A stretch of DNA of 61,751 nt, filler included. It is 5 parts of 5 records of this genome, joined end to end, with 100 filler letters (N's around TTAATTAATTAA, not from the genome) between each part and the next. Parts side by side here need not be neighbours in the genome. Positions count along the whole stretch, not along the records: positions 43,578 to 61,751 come from SRR31156797_1214; 4 more parts are not named here. One strand, written 5' to 3'. Of this stretch, positions 47,983-58,800 are shown one piece after another. A model generated the notes under the pieces. The model did no database searches, was not told the origin of the DNA, and saw only the letters and a list, made by a program, of their open reading frames with translations. Made by a program: the position numbers and the translations under genes. Positions within the stretch are counted from its first letter, which is position 1. Each line of letters opens with the position of its first letter.

Positions 47983-48375
47983 GTGCGAATTCGTCGGGTA
48001 ATCATATTTATTGGGGCTATTTTATTAGGATTATGGTCGCGTTCAGGTTGGACAAAGCTACCCTCATTTGTTAATGAGTACCTGGGGGATGTGATATGGG
48101 CCTTTATGGTGTTTTATTTACTGGCTTCGATTTTTGTCTCTCTAAAAACGAAAACACTATTTCTCTATTCATTTTTGTTCGCTTATGCCATAGAATTTTC
48201 TCAGTTATATCATGCCAACTGGATTGATTCTATTCGAGATATTCGTCTGTTTGCTTTGGTTTTAGGTAAAGGCTTTCTTTGGACAGATTTGCTTTGTTAC
48301 GCAGTAGGTATCGTCATCGCCTTTCTAACAGAAAATGTATTTGTTCTACTTACAACAAGAAAAGTACCTGACTGA
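47983..48375 (+). CDS. DUF2809 membrane protein
   Basis: LGLWSR, YLGDVIWA, IEFSQLYHA.W, LVLG.GF.W.DL.CY..G. Confidence 0.85.
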   Translation: MRIRRVIIFIGAILLGLWSRSGWTKLPSFVNEYLGDVIWAFMVFYLLASIFVSLKTKTLFLYSFLFAYAIEFSQLYHANWIDSIRDIRLFALVLGKGFLWTDLLCYAVGIVIAFLTENVFVLLTTRKVPD

Positions 48376-48517
48376 TATTTATCTATCTTTTAAACCTTTA
48401 TATATTTTATGGTGTTATTGATGTAGTCAACCTCTTTAATTTGTAGGCTTGAGCTATTGAAATAACATTTGTATCTTATTAAAGTGTAATAAATATCACC
48501 CCTCAAAAAGAAAGCTT

Positions 48518-49930
48518 ATGAAATCGTATGTAAACCATTTTGTAATACTAATATTGATTGTTCTAACAGCCTGTCAATCTAGTGCAGAATCCAATAAGCA
48601 GACTCAAGTCGATTTCTCTGACCCTAAAGCAGTATTCAATAATTTCTGTTTAGGGTGTCATAACGATAAAAAGTCATCGTTTGTAGATCGTAACTGGTTA
48701 TTTGGAAATGGCAGGGAAGATGTTTTCAAAAGTATTAAGCACGGAAGAATTGCTCATGGAATGCCATCCTTTTCAGAAGGATTGGGAGATGAAACCATTT
48801 ATGCACTGGCAGATTATATATTAAGTTTGGAAGAAATGGTTCCTTTGGGTGACGAACATGAGGCAACCATGGATGGTGTTGAAATTACACAACAGCAAAA
48901 ATTTAGAGTTGATACCGTTGTTTCAGGATTAGAAGTACCTTGGGGATTGGAATTTTTACCGAATGGCGATTTGTTAATAGCCGAGCGTAAGGGAGAATTA
49001 CTGCGCTTTACTCCTGATAAAGGGTTAGAACGAATTGAGGGTTTACCTCCCATTAAGGCAAGAGGTCAGGGAGGCTTACTCGATTTAGAATTACACCCAA
49101 GTTACGCTGATAATGGATGGTTGTACTTTTCTTATTCTTCTCCGGATGAAAATGATGATAATTTAGCGAACACAGCCATTATGCGAGCACGCTTAAATGG
49201 AAATCAGCTGGTGGATCAGCAACAGATTTTTAAAGCCAATCCACAAACAGATAAGCGTCATCATTACGGAAGTAAACTGGAGTTTGATAACGAAGGATTT
49301 CTGTATTTTTCAGTTGGAGACAGAGGAAACAGAGACAGGCATCCACAATATTTAGATAATGACTGTGGTAAAATTCACCGAATTTATGATGATGGTAGCA
49401 TTCCGGCTGATAATCCATTTGTGAATACGGAAGGAGCAAAACCTTCGATATATTCCTATGGACATCGTAATCCGCAAGGCGTTTGTATGCATCCGGAAAC
49501 AGGAAGAATATGGACAGATGAACATGGTCCTAAAGGTGGCGATGAAATAAATCTTATTGAACCAGGTAAAAATTACGGCTGGTCGGTTATTTCATTCGGA
49601 ATCAATTACAATGGAACCATCTTTACCAATGATACGGCCAAAGTAGGTATGGAGCAACCTATATTATATTGGGTTCCTTCCATTGCACCTTGTGGGATGA
49701 CCTTTGTAAAAGGAGATCGTTATCCTGGATGGAAGAATAATATATTAACGGGTTCTTTGCGTTTTGAATACCTAAAAAGAGTGGTGTTGGAAGGTGAAAA
49801 GGTTGTAGGACAAGAGAATTTACTGGAAGGAATTGGTCGTGTTAGAAATGTAGAAATGAGTCCGGATGGTTTTGTGTATGTGGCGATTGAAAATCCGGGT
49901 AAGATATTAAAACTTGTTCCGGTAGAATAA
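48518..49930 (+). CDS. Lipoprotein: c-type cytochrome fused to a PQQ-dependent glucose/sorbosone dehydrogenase
   Basis: Lipobox LTAC, CLGCH plus distal GMP, PWGLEFLP, GQGGLLD, HYGS, SYGHRNPQG, EHGPKGGDEIN. Confidence 0.9.
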   Translation: MKSYVNHFVILILIVLTACQSSAESNKQTQVDFSDPKAVFNNFCLGCHNDKKSSFVDRNWLFGNGREDVFKSIKHGRIAHGMPSFSEGLGDETIYALADYILSLEEMVPLGDEHEATMDGVEITQQQKFRVDTVVSGLEVPWGLEFLPNGDLLIAERKGELLRFTPDKGLERIEGLPPIKARGQGGLLDLELHPSYADNGWLYFSYSSPDENDDNLANTAIMRARLNGNQLVDQQQIFKANPQTDKRHHYGSKLEFDNEGFLYFSVGDRGNRDRHPQYLDNDCGKIHRIYDDGSIPADNPFVNTEGAKPSIYSYGHRNPQGVCMHPETGRIWTDEHGPKGGDEINLIEPGKNYGWSVISFGINYNGTIFTNDTAKVGMEQPILYWVPSIAPCGMTFVKGDRYPGWKNNILTGSLRFEYLKRVVLEGEKVVGQENLLEGIGRVRNVEMSPDGFVYVAIENPGKILKLVPVE

Positions 49931-49939
49931 AATACTTCA

Positions 49940-50008
49940 GTGTGTTGACATATCTATTATTCAATAGGTGGTACTTAAAATAAAGGTATGTCGACACACA
50001 TTTTTTTT
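49940..50008 (+). repeat. Long imperfect inverted repeat with a T-tail (terminator or REP-like element)
   Basis: GTGTGTTGACATATCT...AGGTATGTCGACACAC followed by T8. Confidence 0.6.
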
Positions 50009-50031
50009 CTATTTCCGTTTACTCAGATCTT

Positions 50032-52065
50032 ATGCGCATAAAGCTTTTCCTTATATTTTTGACGGTTTATTTTTGTACAGCACCCTTAATAAGTCAGGTA
50101 AAAGATAGCACTGAAATAACTCTCTCTCCGAAAAGCATTGAGGAGGTTCAGGTTATATCTCCATACTACATTACGCAAGCTCAGCAATGGCCAGGAGCAT
50201 ATTCTAAGATAACAGTTCAGCAGTTGAATCGTGGTAATTCCTACAATCTTCAGGAGCAAATAAACAAAGTTCCAGGAGTAATGATGCAACAGGGTACTAT
50301 GAGTACCAATCGTATTACCATTAGGGGCATTGGATCACGTACTCCTTATCAATCAAACAGAATTAAGGCTTACTGGGGTGAAGTTCCTTTAACGGACGGG
50401 GATGGTGTGACTTCAATTGAAGATATTGAGTTGTATGATATTTCAGTACTTGAAATCTTAAAAGGACCATCTTCAGCGTTATTTGGAGCAGGAATGGGTG
50501 GGACAATTTTATTACAGGCTTTTGATAATATAGATACGAAGCCTAACGTGCTATTAAAAAGCGAGGTGGGAAGTTATAGTACCTTTTCCCAACAGGCTGC
50601 AATAAATTGGAGTTCGAAAAGTACAGGAAACTATGCGCTGAGTGCAGGCGCTTTATCAACTAATGGTTATAGAGAGAATAGTGATTATCAGCGATACAAC
50701 ATAACATTTAAGGCTAAGCAAGCCATTGGGAATCATTATTTACAACTATTATTCAACTACAGATATCTAAACGGACAAATTCCAAGTTCATTGGATAGTG
50801 TAGATTTTCATGATCATCCAGAAAAAGCTGCATTTACATGGAGAAATATTGAAGGTTATGAAGAAAACTCAAGGCACTTGATAAGCATAGGATGGATTGC
50901 TCCTTTAAAAACAGCAATGGTTAATCAACTCACTTTATTTTCAAAAGTATCTACATTAAATGAGTTGCGTCCTTTTAACCGATTAAAAGAAAATCGATAT
51001 AGCATAGGTGTTCGTGATCGATTCAAATATAAAAGGGAAAAGCTAAATGCGGAGCTCGGCTTTGAGTCTATGTTAGAAAATAGTGATGTTTTTCTGTTTT
51101 CTGTTGAGGAAGAGAATTTAGGCCAACGGATTACATCCACGGAGCATTTGCGATATTATCTTAATGGTTTTGCTTTGTTGGAATATTTACCTAACAATCG
51201 ATTTGTTTTACAAGGAGCCTTTAATGTCAACAATACAGTTTATCAAGCCATCAATGAAGATTACAAATTTCAATACCGTACAATTTGGTCGCCTCGTATT
51301 GGAATAAACTATGCCTTAACTAAAAATGTGCATTGGTTTGCCTCCTTGGGACACGGTTTTTCAGCTCCTTCATTGGAGGAAGCACAATTGCCGGATGGAA
51401 GTTTTAATCCGGACATCAAACCGGAAGAAGGAATGAATTATGAAACAGGATTGAGGTATCAGAGTGCCAACCAAAAGCTAAATGTAGATATTGCCTTTTA
51501 TAAAATGGAGATGAGTAATTTGTTGGTGACAGAACGAGACGCCATTGATCAGTTTTATGGAAAAAATGCAGGCAAGACTGCTCATCAAGGAATTGAATCA
51601 AGTTTGCGATGGATGCTTTATAATCCGCAGCCAGATCGTTCTCTTCAGTTTAGTTTCAATCATTTTATATCACAAAATAAGTTTAGGGATTTTACAGATG
51701 ATGGCGTAAGCTTTAAAGGAAATCATTTGCCAGGTATTCCTAAATCAAACTGGTCTGCAGATGTTAATGCACAAATCAAATCTTTTTCACTCAACCTAAG
51801 TCATCAATACTATGGGGAGCAATATTTAAATGATGCCAACACAAAAGAATATACCAGCTATCAAAAAAGTAGTGCAAAATTGACCTATCGAATTAAAATG
51901 AAAAGAAATATGGTACGCTTGTATATGGGTGTTGATAATCTCTTTGATAACCATTATGCATCTATGGTGTTGGTGAATGCATCCTCTTTTGGCGGAAGAC
52001 TACCTCGTTATTTTTATCCTGGAAAACCATTAAACATGTATGGCGGCTTAGAGGTGAAATTTTAA
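50032..52065 (+). CDS. TonB-dependent receptor, substrate unknown
   Basis: RITIRGIGSR, EILKGPSSALFGAG.GG plug motif, IKPEEG.NYETG, DNLFD, C-terminal VKF. Confidence 0.9.
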   Translation: MRIKLFLIFLTVYFCTAPLISQVKDSTEITLSPKSIEEVQVISPYYITQAQQWPGAYSKITVQQLNRGNSYNLQEQINKVPGVMMQQGTMSTNRITIRGIGSRTPYQSNRIKAYWGEVPLTDGDGVTSIEDIELYDISVLEILKGPSSALFGAGMGGTILLQAFDNIDTKPNVLLKSEVGSYSTFSQQAAINWSSKSTGNYALSAGALSTNGYRENSDYQRYNITFKAKQAIGNHYLQLLFNYRYLNGQIPSSLDSVDFHDHPEKAAFTWRNIEGYEENSRHLISIGWIAPLKTAMVNQLTLFSKVSTLNELRPFNRLKENRYSIGVRDRFKYKREKLNAELGFESMLENSDVFLFSVEEENLGQRITSTEHLRYYLNGFALLEYLPNNRFVLQGAFNVNNTVYQAINEDYKFQYRTIWSPRIGINYALTKNVHWFASLGHGFSAPSLEEAQLPDGSFNPDIKPEEGMNYETGLRYQSANQKLNVDIAFYKMEMSNLLVTERDAIDQFYGKNAGKTAHQGIESSLRWMLYNPQPDRSLQFSFNHFISQNKFRDFTDDGVSFKGNHLPGIPKSNWSADVNAQIKSFSLNLSHQYYGEQYLNDANTKEYTSYQKSSAKLTYRIKMKRNMVRLYMGVDNLFDNHYASMVLVNASSFGGRLPRYFYPGKPLNMYGGLEVKF

Positions 52066-52068
52066 AGC

Positions 52069-52118
52069 CCATACCTTTATTTAGAACTTGGCAGAAGTAT
52101 CAAAAAGTAAAGGTATGG
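52069..52118. repeat. Inverted repeat between convergent genes, related to the 49940 element
   Basis: CCATACCTTTA...TAAAGGTATGG (11-bp arms). Shares TAAAGGTATG with 49981-49990. Confidence 0.6.
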
Positions 52119-52182
52119 AACTGAAATAGTAGAAACACCAGACTAATAACCATATGGGACTACTTGGTGTAATCCTTAGCAA

Positions 52183-53106
52183 TTATAGTTTTTGAAATTC
52201 AAATGTTGGATATCCTTTTTCACCACTTAGGTTATAGAAATCAAGAAAACGCAACTTAAAGTAAGTCCCTTTACTATCTTTTAGAATGTATACCATTTCT
52301 GAATTAGTAACATAAGCTCCATCAGTATAACTTTTCCAATTATAACCCACACCTTCCTGATCTTGTGTAAATGATAATGCAGCTGCATAAGTTTTATCAA
52401 CAGTTTCAAAATCCAGGTTGTCAGCATAAAAACTGATATCAGGACTTAATACAACTCCTTTTACAGGGTATAAGGTTCCGCTTTCCAGAGCTGTAGTATA
52501 GGGCGTAAATAATAATTGCCAATCACCTTTATTAGGCTCTTCATCTGTACTTGAATTTGTAAATGAAAAACGGGTATAATAAGCATCGCTGTTTACAGTA
52601 ATAGTAGCAGTTGCCGATGTAGTTTCTCCAAAAGTAGCATATTCAATGTCGAAACTGCTTGAACCTTGAGATACTTTAACTGCATAAACAGGAGTAAATG
52701 AACCATGAGAATTCTTACCAAGAACATATACAGCACTGGCATCCCAGTTATAAAAAGCCCTTCCGCTTACCGATCCGTCTGGGTTGTCAATTACCCACTC
52801 TGCATCTTCCGGAATAGTAATATCTCCGGTTACAGAGGCTGCTGCAGATTTATATACACCATAGGTTTGACCGGGATTGGTAATTAATCCATCGGCATCA
52901 AAACCTAAATCCCATGAATCCGGAGCTATGGACTGTACTACTTCTCCAGCAACCATATCAAAATATAGCTGGCTTGTGTAAATAGATTCTTCCAGAGAGG
53001 TTTGTGTTAAATCTCCCGGAAGATCAATTTTTTCATCCTCCTTTTTGCACGCAGTAAACATTAATGCAGTTAGTATAACCGCAGATAAAATTTTCGTTTT
53101 CATCAT
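52183..53106 (-). CDS. hmuY: HmuY-family heme-binding lipoprotein
   Basis: Lipobox FTAC, SWDLGF, DWQLLF, GYNWKSY, YFKLRFLDFY..G.KGYPTFEFQ. Adjacent to a TonB receptor. Confidence 0.8.
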   Translation of the reverse strand: MMKTKILSAVILTALMFTACKKEDEKIDLPGDLTQTSLEESIYTSQLYFDMVAGEVVQSIAPDSWDLGFDADGLITNPGQTYGVYKSAAASVTGDITIPEDAEWVIDNPDGSVSGRAFYNWDASAVYVLGKNSHGSFTPVYAVKVSQGSSSFDIEYATFGETTSATATITVNSDAYYTRFSFTNSSTDEEPNKGDWQLLFTPYTTALESGTLYPVKGVVLSPDISFYADNLDFETVDKTYAAALSFTQDQEGVGYNWKSYTDGAYVTNSEMVYILKDSKGTYFKLRFLDFYNLSGEKGYPTFEFQKL

Positions 53107-53139
53107 TTGTATAAATATTTATTGTTAATTATTCTTTGT

Positions 53140-55350
53140 TCAATATTTTTTAAGCTGATAGCTAAGCTTCAAAAAGAAAGTACGCCCCCATCCTACGGCA
53201 TAAGAATCGCTGCCTGATGAGTGGGCTGAACCAGTATCACCAACCTGTTCTATGTTGATGTTATTAAGTAAATTATTGGCGCCTGCGATAAGCTGAAATT
53301 TATTTTTTCGAAATGATTTCTTGATATTAAAATCCAGTGTGTGGTAAGTTCCCTGATAGCCTAGCTGGTATAACTCACTATCTTCACTATAATAGTATCT
53401 TGGACGTTTTCCATTGAGCTTGTAATAAGTGGCAATTTCAATGTTATACTTTCGATATAGATATCTCGCATTAAATATTAAATCGTTTGACCAAATGAAT
53501 TCATCCATACCATCATCTTCATTAAAATAATCATTACTAATGGCATTTTGAGATATAGCTAAATTGAACGAGAGGTTGGTGTTTAACTTGTATTTTGCCG
53601 AAGCATTAAACCCTTTAGTTGTAATGTTGTCTATGTTAAAATAACGGTTGTTTGTAGTTCCAGCTTCTTTTGCCAGACTAATTCGATTATCAATATTGTT
53701 GTAATAGGCTCCTGTGCTTAGCTCTACAAAACCGGTTCTGGTTCCAATTGTCCAGGAAAAATTTGTACTCAAATTATCAGAAGTTTCTGCTTTAAGCTCG
53801 CTATTTCCAAATATTTGGTGATTGCTGTCTACAAATTCGTAGTAGAGTTCTTTTAACGAAGGAGCTCTGAAACCAACTGCATAGGATGTTCGCCATTGCA
53901 CATTTTCAAATGGTTCGGCTTTTACATTTAAGGAGTAAACTAAAGGAGCCTCGTATGCTGAATTATAAATATACCTGGTTCCGGGCTGCAATTGTAAATA
54001 ATCAGTAGGTTTAAATATAACACTTAAAAAAGCAGCTCCATTTTGCATTGACTGTTCTTTGTTTTCAATACGTTGTCCATGTGTATCTTCATTGCGGAAT
54101 TCAATGCCGGTTAGAATATCTACTTGTTTTATCAACTGTTTTATAGAAACAGCAGATCGCACCATATAGGCACCAAATTTTGTTGTGTCCTGATCCCCTG
54201 ATCCGCAGGAAAGGTTTTTACTTAAGGAGGTCATATCCTTGATCCATGTTTCCTTCTTACGATCGTATTCATTATATGCAGCTAATAACTCAAGATTAAT
54301 TTTAGGAGCTAATTGCTTTGAAGTATTAAAGGTTAAGTCGTATCTGGAGGTTCGATAAAACTTATCAGTAGCAATATAGCGTGCATTAGTTTCACCTAAA
54401 TCGCTAAGTTTTTCTTTAAATAAACTACCGTTTATTTTACTTTCCCATCCCTTGATGTTTGATGCATAAAAAATATTGCTATTGATTTTATTTTTGGGTT
54501 TCCAGTTGTATCCTCGCTCTAATTCATCATTAAAACGATATCCACCAAATGTATAAAACCCTCCCGAAACACCCATTTTATGATTTTCTCCACCAAGTGT
54601 AAAAGAGGCTTGTGAATTACTTACACCAACAGATTCTCCATATTGTGATACTTCTAATCCTTTTCTTTTTTGATGGTTAGATTTAGTAATGATATTAATG
54701 GTGCCAGCTAATGCATCACTACCATATAAAACAGACATAGGTCCTTCTATAATCTCAATGCGTTCCACATCCTGCAGGTTAATTTGAGTTAAATCTATTT
54801 CTCCGCCCAATCTGCCAATTATAGGAACACCATCAATCATGTATTTGACATATTCCCCGGATAATCCCTGCATTTGAATACCACTTCCCAATGCCAAATC
54901 TTCTACAATGCGAATATTTAGTTCTTCTTTTAAAATGTCTTTTAAATCATTATTTGCTTTGGTGGCCATTTGGCTCATATTAATAACTCTGATACTGTAA
55001 GTAGAATTCTTAATTTTAGTAGGTTCTGGCTGGCCGGTTACAACAACTTCATCCATTGAATAGCATTCTGGTTCCAGTTTAATTTGCTCAGGCACATGAT
55101 CCAGCGTATCTATATAGGTTTGATACCCTATGGCAGAAGCCACCAAAACCATTGGTCCCTGGATAATCAAACTACATTTTCCTGATTCATCAGTAACGTA
55201 GTAGCGGGCAATTTTACCCGAAACTGTTTGTGTACAAATATGCACTCCGGGTATGGCTTTGTTAGATTTACTATCTGATACGGTTAATGGCGTATTAGCC
55301 CATGCCAGTGAGTAAACAGTGATAAATAATATTGAAATAATTCCTCTCAT
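53140..55350 (-). CDS. hmuR: TonB-dependent heme receptor (HmuR-like)
   Basis: DEVVVTG, QMQGL, ERIEIIEGPMSVLYGSDALAGTINII, GFRAPSLKELY..NH..GNSELKAE (FRAP and NPNL-like motifs). hmu context. Alternative start at 55380. Confidence 0.78.
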   Translation of the reverse strand: MRGIISILFITVYSLAWANTPLTVSDSKSNKAIPGVHICTQTVSGKIARYYVTDESGKCSLIIQGPMVLVASAIGYQTYIDTLDHVPEQIKLEPECYSMDEVVVTGQPEPTKIKNSTYSIRVINMSQMATKANNDLKDILKEELNIRIVEDLALGSGIQMQGLSGEYVKYMIDGVPIIGRLGGEIDLTQINLQDVERIEIIEGPMSVLYGSDALAGTINIITKSNHQKRKGLEVSQYGESVGVSNSQASFTLGGENHKMGVSGGFYTFGGYRFNDELERGYNWKPKNKINSNIFYASNIKGWESKINGSLFKEKLSDLGETNARYIATDKFYRTSRYDLTFNTSKQLAPKINLELLAAYNEYDRKKETWIKDMTSLSKNLSCGSGDQDTTKFGAYMVRSAVSIKQLIKQVDILTGIEFRNEDTHGQRIENKEQSMQNGAAFLSVIFKPTDYLQLQPGTRYIYNSAYEAPLVYSLNVKAEPFENVQWRTSYAVGFRAPSLKELYYEFVDSNHQIFGNSELKAETSDNLSTNFSWTIGTRTGFVELSTGAYYNNIDNRISLAKEAGTTNNRYFNIDNITTKGFNASAKYKLNTNLSFNLAISQNAISNDYFNEDDGMDEFIWSNDLIFNARYLYRKYNIEIATYYKLNGKRPRYYYSEDSELYQLGYQGTYHTLDFNIKKSFRKNKFQLIAGANNLLNNINIEQVGDTGSAHSSGSDSYAVGWGRTFFLKLSYQLKKY

Positions 55351-55464
55351 CTCTATTGGTTTTATGAATAGAGATACCATTTAATGAAAGAACATACCGG
55401 AAGGTGTTTGCAAAGTAATGGCCATAATTTGGCTGCCACAATCCCAATATTTGGGTAAAAGATT

Positions 55465-55487
55465 CTATTTAGATTCATTACAAATAG
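55465..55487. promoter_or_regulatory. Palindromic putative Fur/iron-box-like operator between the divergent hmu genes
   Basis: CTATTTAGATTCATTACAAATAG, with dyad CTATTT...AAATAG. A weaker copy lies at about 55514-55535. Confidence 0.55.
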
Positions 55488-55831
55488 CTATTTCTTATCA
55501 ATCGCTACTGTCTTAGTTTTGAATCAATCGAAATATAAAAATAAACAGATACCAAAATGAGTAAGAATCTATATAAATCCCGGAAGGTTTATAAAAGATG
55601 ATGTGGAATGAGGTTAATTGCTTTTGTGCATAAAATTGTAATGAGCTTTATGGAATGATAAAAATTGAATCACTAGAAATAGGCAGTCAGAATTATAAAT
55701 GAAGTAGCCAAAAATAGTGAGTACATAAAATCACAAAGCACTCTTTCCTTTATGAATTGGTAGTTTAAATGATGTATAAACCAACCAAAGGCAGTAATTA
55801 CTGAATTTGGTTTAACGAAACTGAATGTAGG

Positions 55832-58800
55832 ATGAAAAGAAATCAGCTTTTATTTTTAATAGCTGTGTTTAGCGCACTGTTGTTATGTGGATGGCTTTTG
55901 ATAAAGCCAACAGAAGTAGCTTTTGTAAATTATCCCGGTCATATTGCAGCACGTATTGCCCGGTCGATGGATTCGCCTTTTATTGAGGTAAAGGCATACA
56001 CACCGGAAGAAGTGGATGATGCTGCAGATGCCGATGTTATTTTTATGTGGGGAATGGGTATTTCTATTACCCGCGAAAACCTGGCTGTTTTAAAAGCCTC
56101 AGCTGATGCCGGAACTCCGGTTTATGTGCAAGCCAATACAAATCCGGCTAATAATATTACCAATATTAAAGGGGATACACTGGAATTAGTGAAAACCTAT
56201 ACAGCAAATGGAAGCGATCATAATTATGCTTCCTTATTAGCCTACTCCAGAAAAGTGCTTCATGGTAAATCGTTTATGACTCCTGAGTATAGTGAGCCGG
56301 AAGAAACGCCTTCGGATTATTTATTTGGTACCGATCCGGAAGCTATTTTTGAAACAGTGGAAGAATATGAAGCTTATTTAGAAAGTAAAGGCTTGTACAA
56401 ACCCAATGCTCCTAATGTGGCTATAATCTGCGTTTTTGCCAGTCCTATTAATGGTTCGCGTAAACATTTAGATGCTTTAATAAGTAGTATTCAGGAAAGA
56501 GGCGCCAATGTTTATCCGCTTTCGTCATTTAGGAAGCGAATGAAATTTCTGAATGAGATAAATCCGGACTTGGCTGTTATTTTACCGCATGGTCGAATTG
56601 CCAGAGGGCCTGCTGCAGATAAAGCGATTGACTGGTTAAAGAAAAAGAATATTCCGCTTTTGGCTCCATTAACCGTAATGCAGGAAGAACAAGATTGGCT
56701 CAATGATCCTAAAGGAATGTTTGGCGGTATGCTGAGTCAAAGTGTTACTATGCCGGAACTGGACGGAGCTATTGTGCCTTATGCTATTGCAGCTCAGAAA
56801 GAAAGCGAAGAAGGATACCTGGAATATGCACCTGCCGGAGATCGTATCGAAAAGTTTGCCGATATAGTTTCTGGTTATCTGAACTTAAAAACAAAAAGTA
56901 ATCAGGATAAAAAAGTGGCTGTGTACTACTTTAAAGGGCCGGGATTAAATACGATGGTAGCTTCAAATCTGGAGGTTATTCCATCCTTGTATAATTATTT
57001 GAAGCGACTTAAAAAAGAAGGCTATAAGGTTGAAAACCTTCCTGCGAATACAGATGAATTTGAAAAGTTGATTCTTGAAAAAGGCCCGGTACTTGGACCC
57101 TATGCCGAGGGTGTTTTTGCGAAATATTTAAAGACAGGGAATCCTGAATTGGTTGGACAAAAGGAATACAATAGCTGGACATCAAAAGCTATCGAGCTAG
57201 AAAAATATCAGGAGGTAGTTCAACGTTATGGAGATTTTCCTGGTGAGTATATGGCAGTTAACAAAGGAGATACTGCTGCCATAGCTGTTACCCGCATTCA
57301 GTTTGGAAACGTGGTTATTTTACCGCAACCTCTACCAGCTGTAGGTGAGGATACTTATAAAATTGCTCACGGAGTGGATATGCCACCTACACACCCATAT
57401 TTGGCTTCGTATTTATGGACTCGATACGGGTTTGAGGCAGATGCCATTGTTCACTTTGGAACTCACGGTAATCTGGAGTTTATTCCCGGAAAGCAAATTG
57501 CACTTTCCAACAAGGACTGGACAGATGCTATCATCGGTACATTACCGCATTTTTATATTTATACCATTGGAAATGTGGGAGAAGGGATGATTGCCAAGCG
57601 ACGTTCTTATGCTGTTACCAACACCTACCTAACTCCTCCATTTTTGGAAGGAGAAGAGTATGGCGATTTGCATGATCTGCACGAAAAGATTCATAAATAC
57701 TATGATCAGGAGGATGGCTTATATAAGGATGCGACAGAGAAAATAATCCGTCAATTGTTTTATAAACTCGGTATGTTTAAAGACTTATCTATGGATAGCG
57801 TACCCAATAAAGTATTGAAACTGGAAGAAATTATTCGCATTGGAAATTTGGTGGAAGAAATACGCAATGAAAAAATAACGGGTGGACTCTATACGCTGGG
57901 TGAACCTTATGAAGAAAAAGATTTAATTACGACTTCTGTGTTGATGACAGCTGATGCAATTACCTACAATCTGGTAAAATTGGCCGTTCTGAAAGGAAAA
58001 GAAGACAAATCTTTATTTGAAAATAAAGTGGAGTTTAACCATGATTATTACAACCCTATTGTAAAGCTATTAAAAGAGGTGGCAGCAGGAAAGTCTGTTA
58101 GCCCTCTTCAAAGCAGTGTTGTAAAAAAAGTAATTTCAGACAAGGAGTTGCATGACTGCGAAGTTATAGCTGCATCAAAACCAGATACACTACCGAATTA
58201 TAATCAGCTTAGATTGGTTTATGATATTAAACAAGCTTTTGCACAGGTAAAGCAATATAAAACGGCCTTAAAAGAAAGTCCGGAAGCTGAGATGCAGTCT
58301 TTTTTAAATTCTTTGAAAGGGGGATATACTGCACCGACATCAGGAGGAGATCCGGTTCGCAATCCAACAACGGTGCCTACAGGGCGTAATCTTTTTAGTG
58401 TGAATGCAGAGCAAACGCCTTCACCCGAAGCATGGGAAGCCGGGGTTAAGTTGGGTGATGCTATGATCGAGAGTTATCGGACTAAAAACAATGGAGCGTA
58501 TCCGCAAAAGGTAAGTTTCACTTTATGGTCAAGTAGTTTTATTGAAACAGAAGGTGCTACTGTTGCCGAAATTCTTTATCTGTTGGGAGTAGAGCCTATT
58601 CGGGATAAATACAGACGTATTCGCGAAGTAAAATTAATTCCGCAGGCAGAGTTGGGGCGACCACGTATTGATGTGGTAGTACAAACATCTGGGCAGTTAA
58701 GAGATCTGGCAGCTTCAAGGTTGTTTTTAATTCAGGAGGCTATCGACTTGGTTTCAAAAGCAGTAGGAGAAGAGAACTTTATTCAGCAGGGAAATGTAGA

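Noticed and set aside
55381-55831. Cobalamin riboswitch upstream of the CobN-like gene or TonB receptor
   Set aside because: I saw no B12-box or GGGAA/GCCACTG core on either strand, and the HmuY context points to heme.
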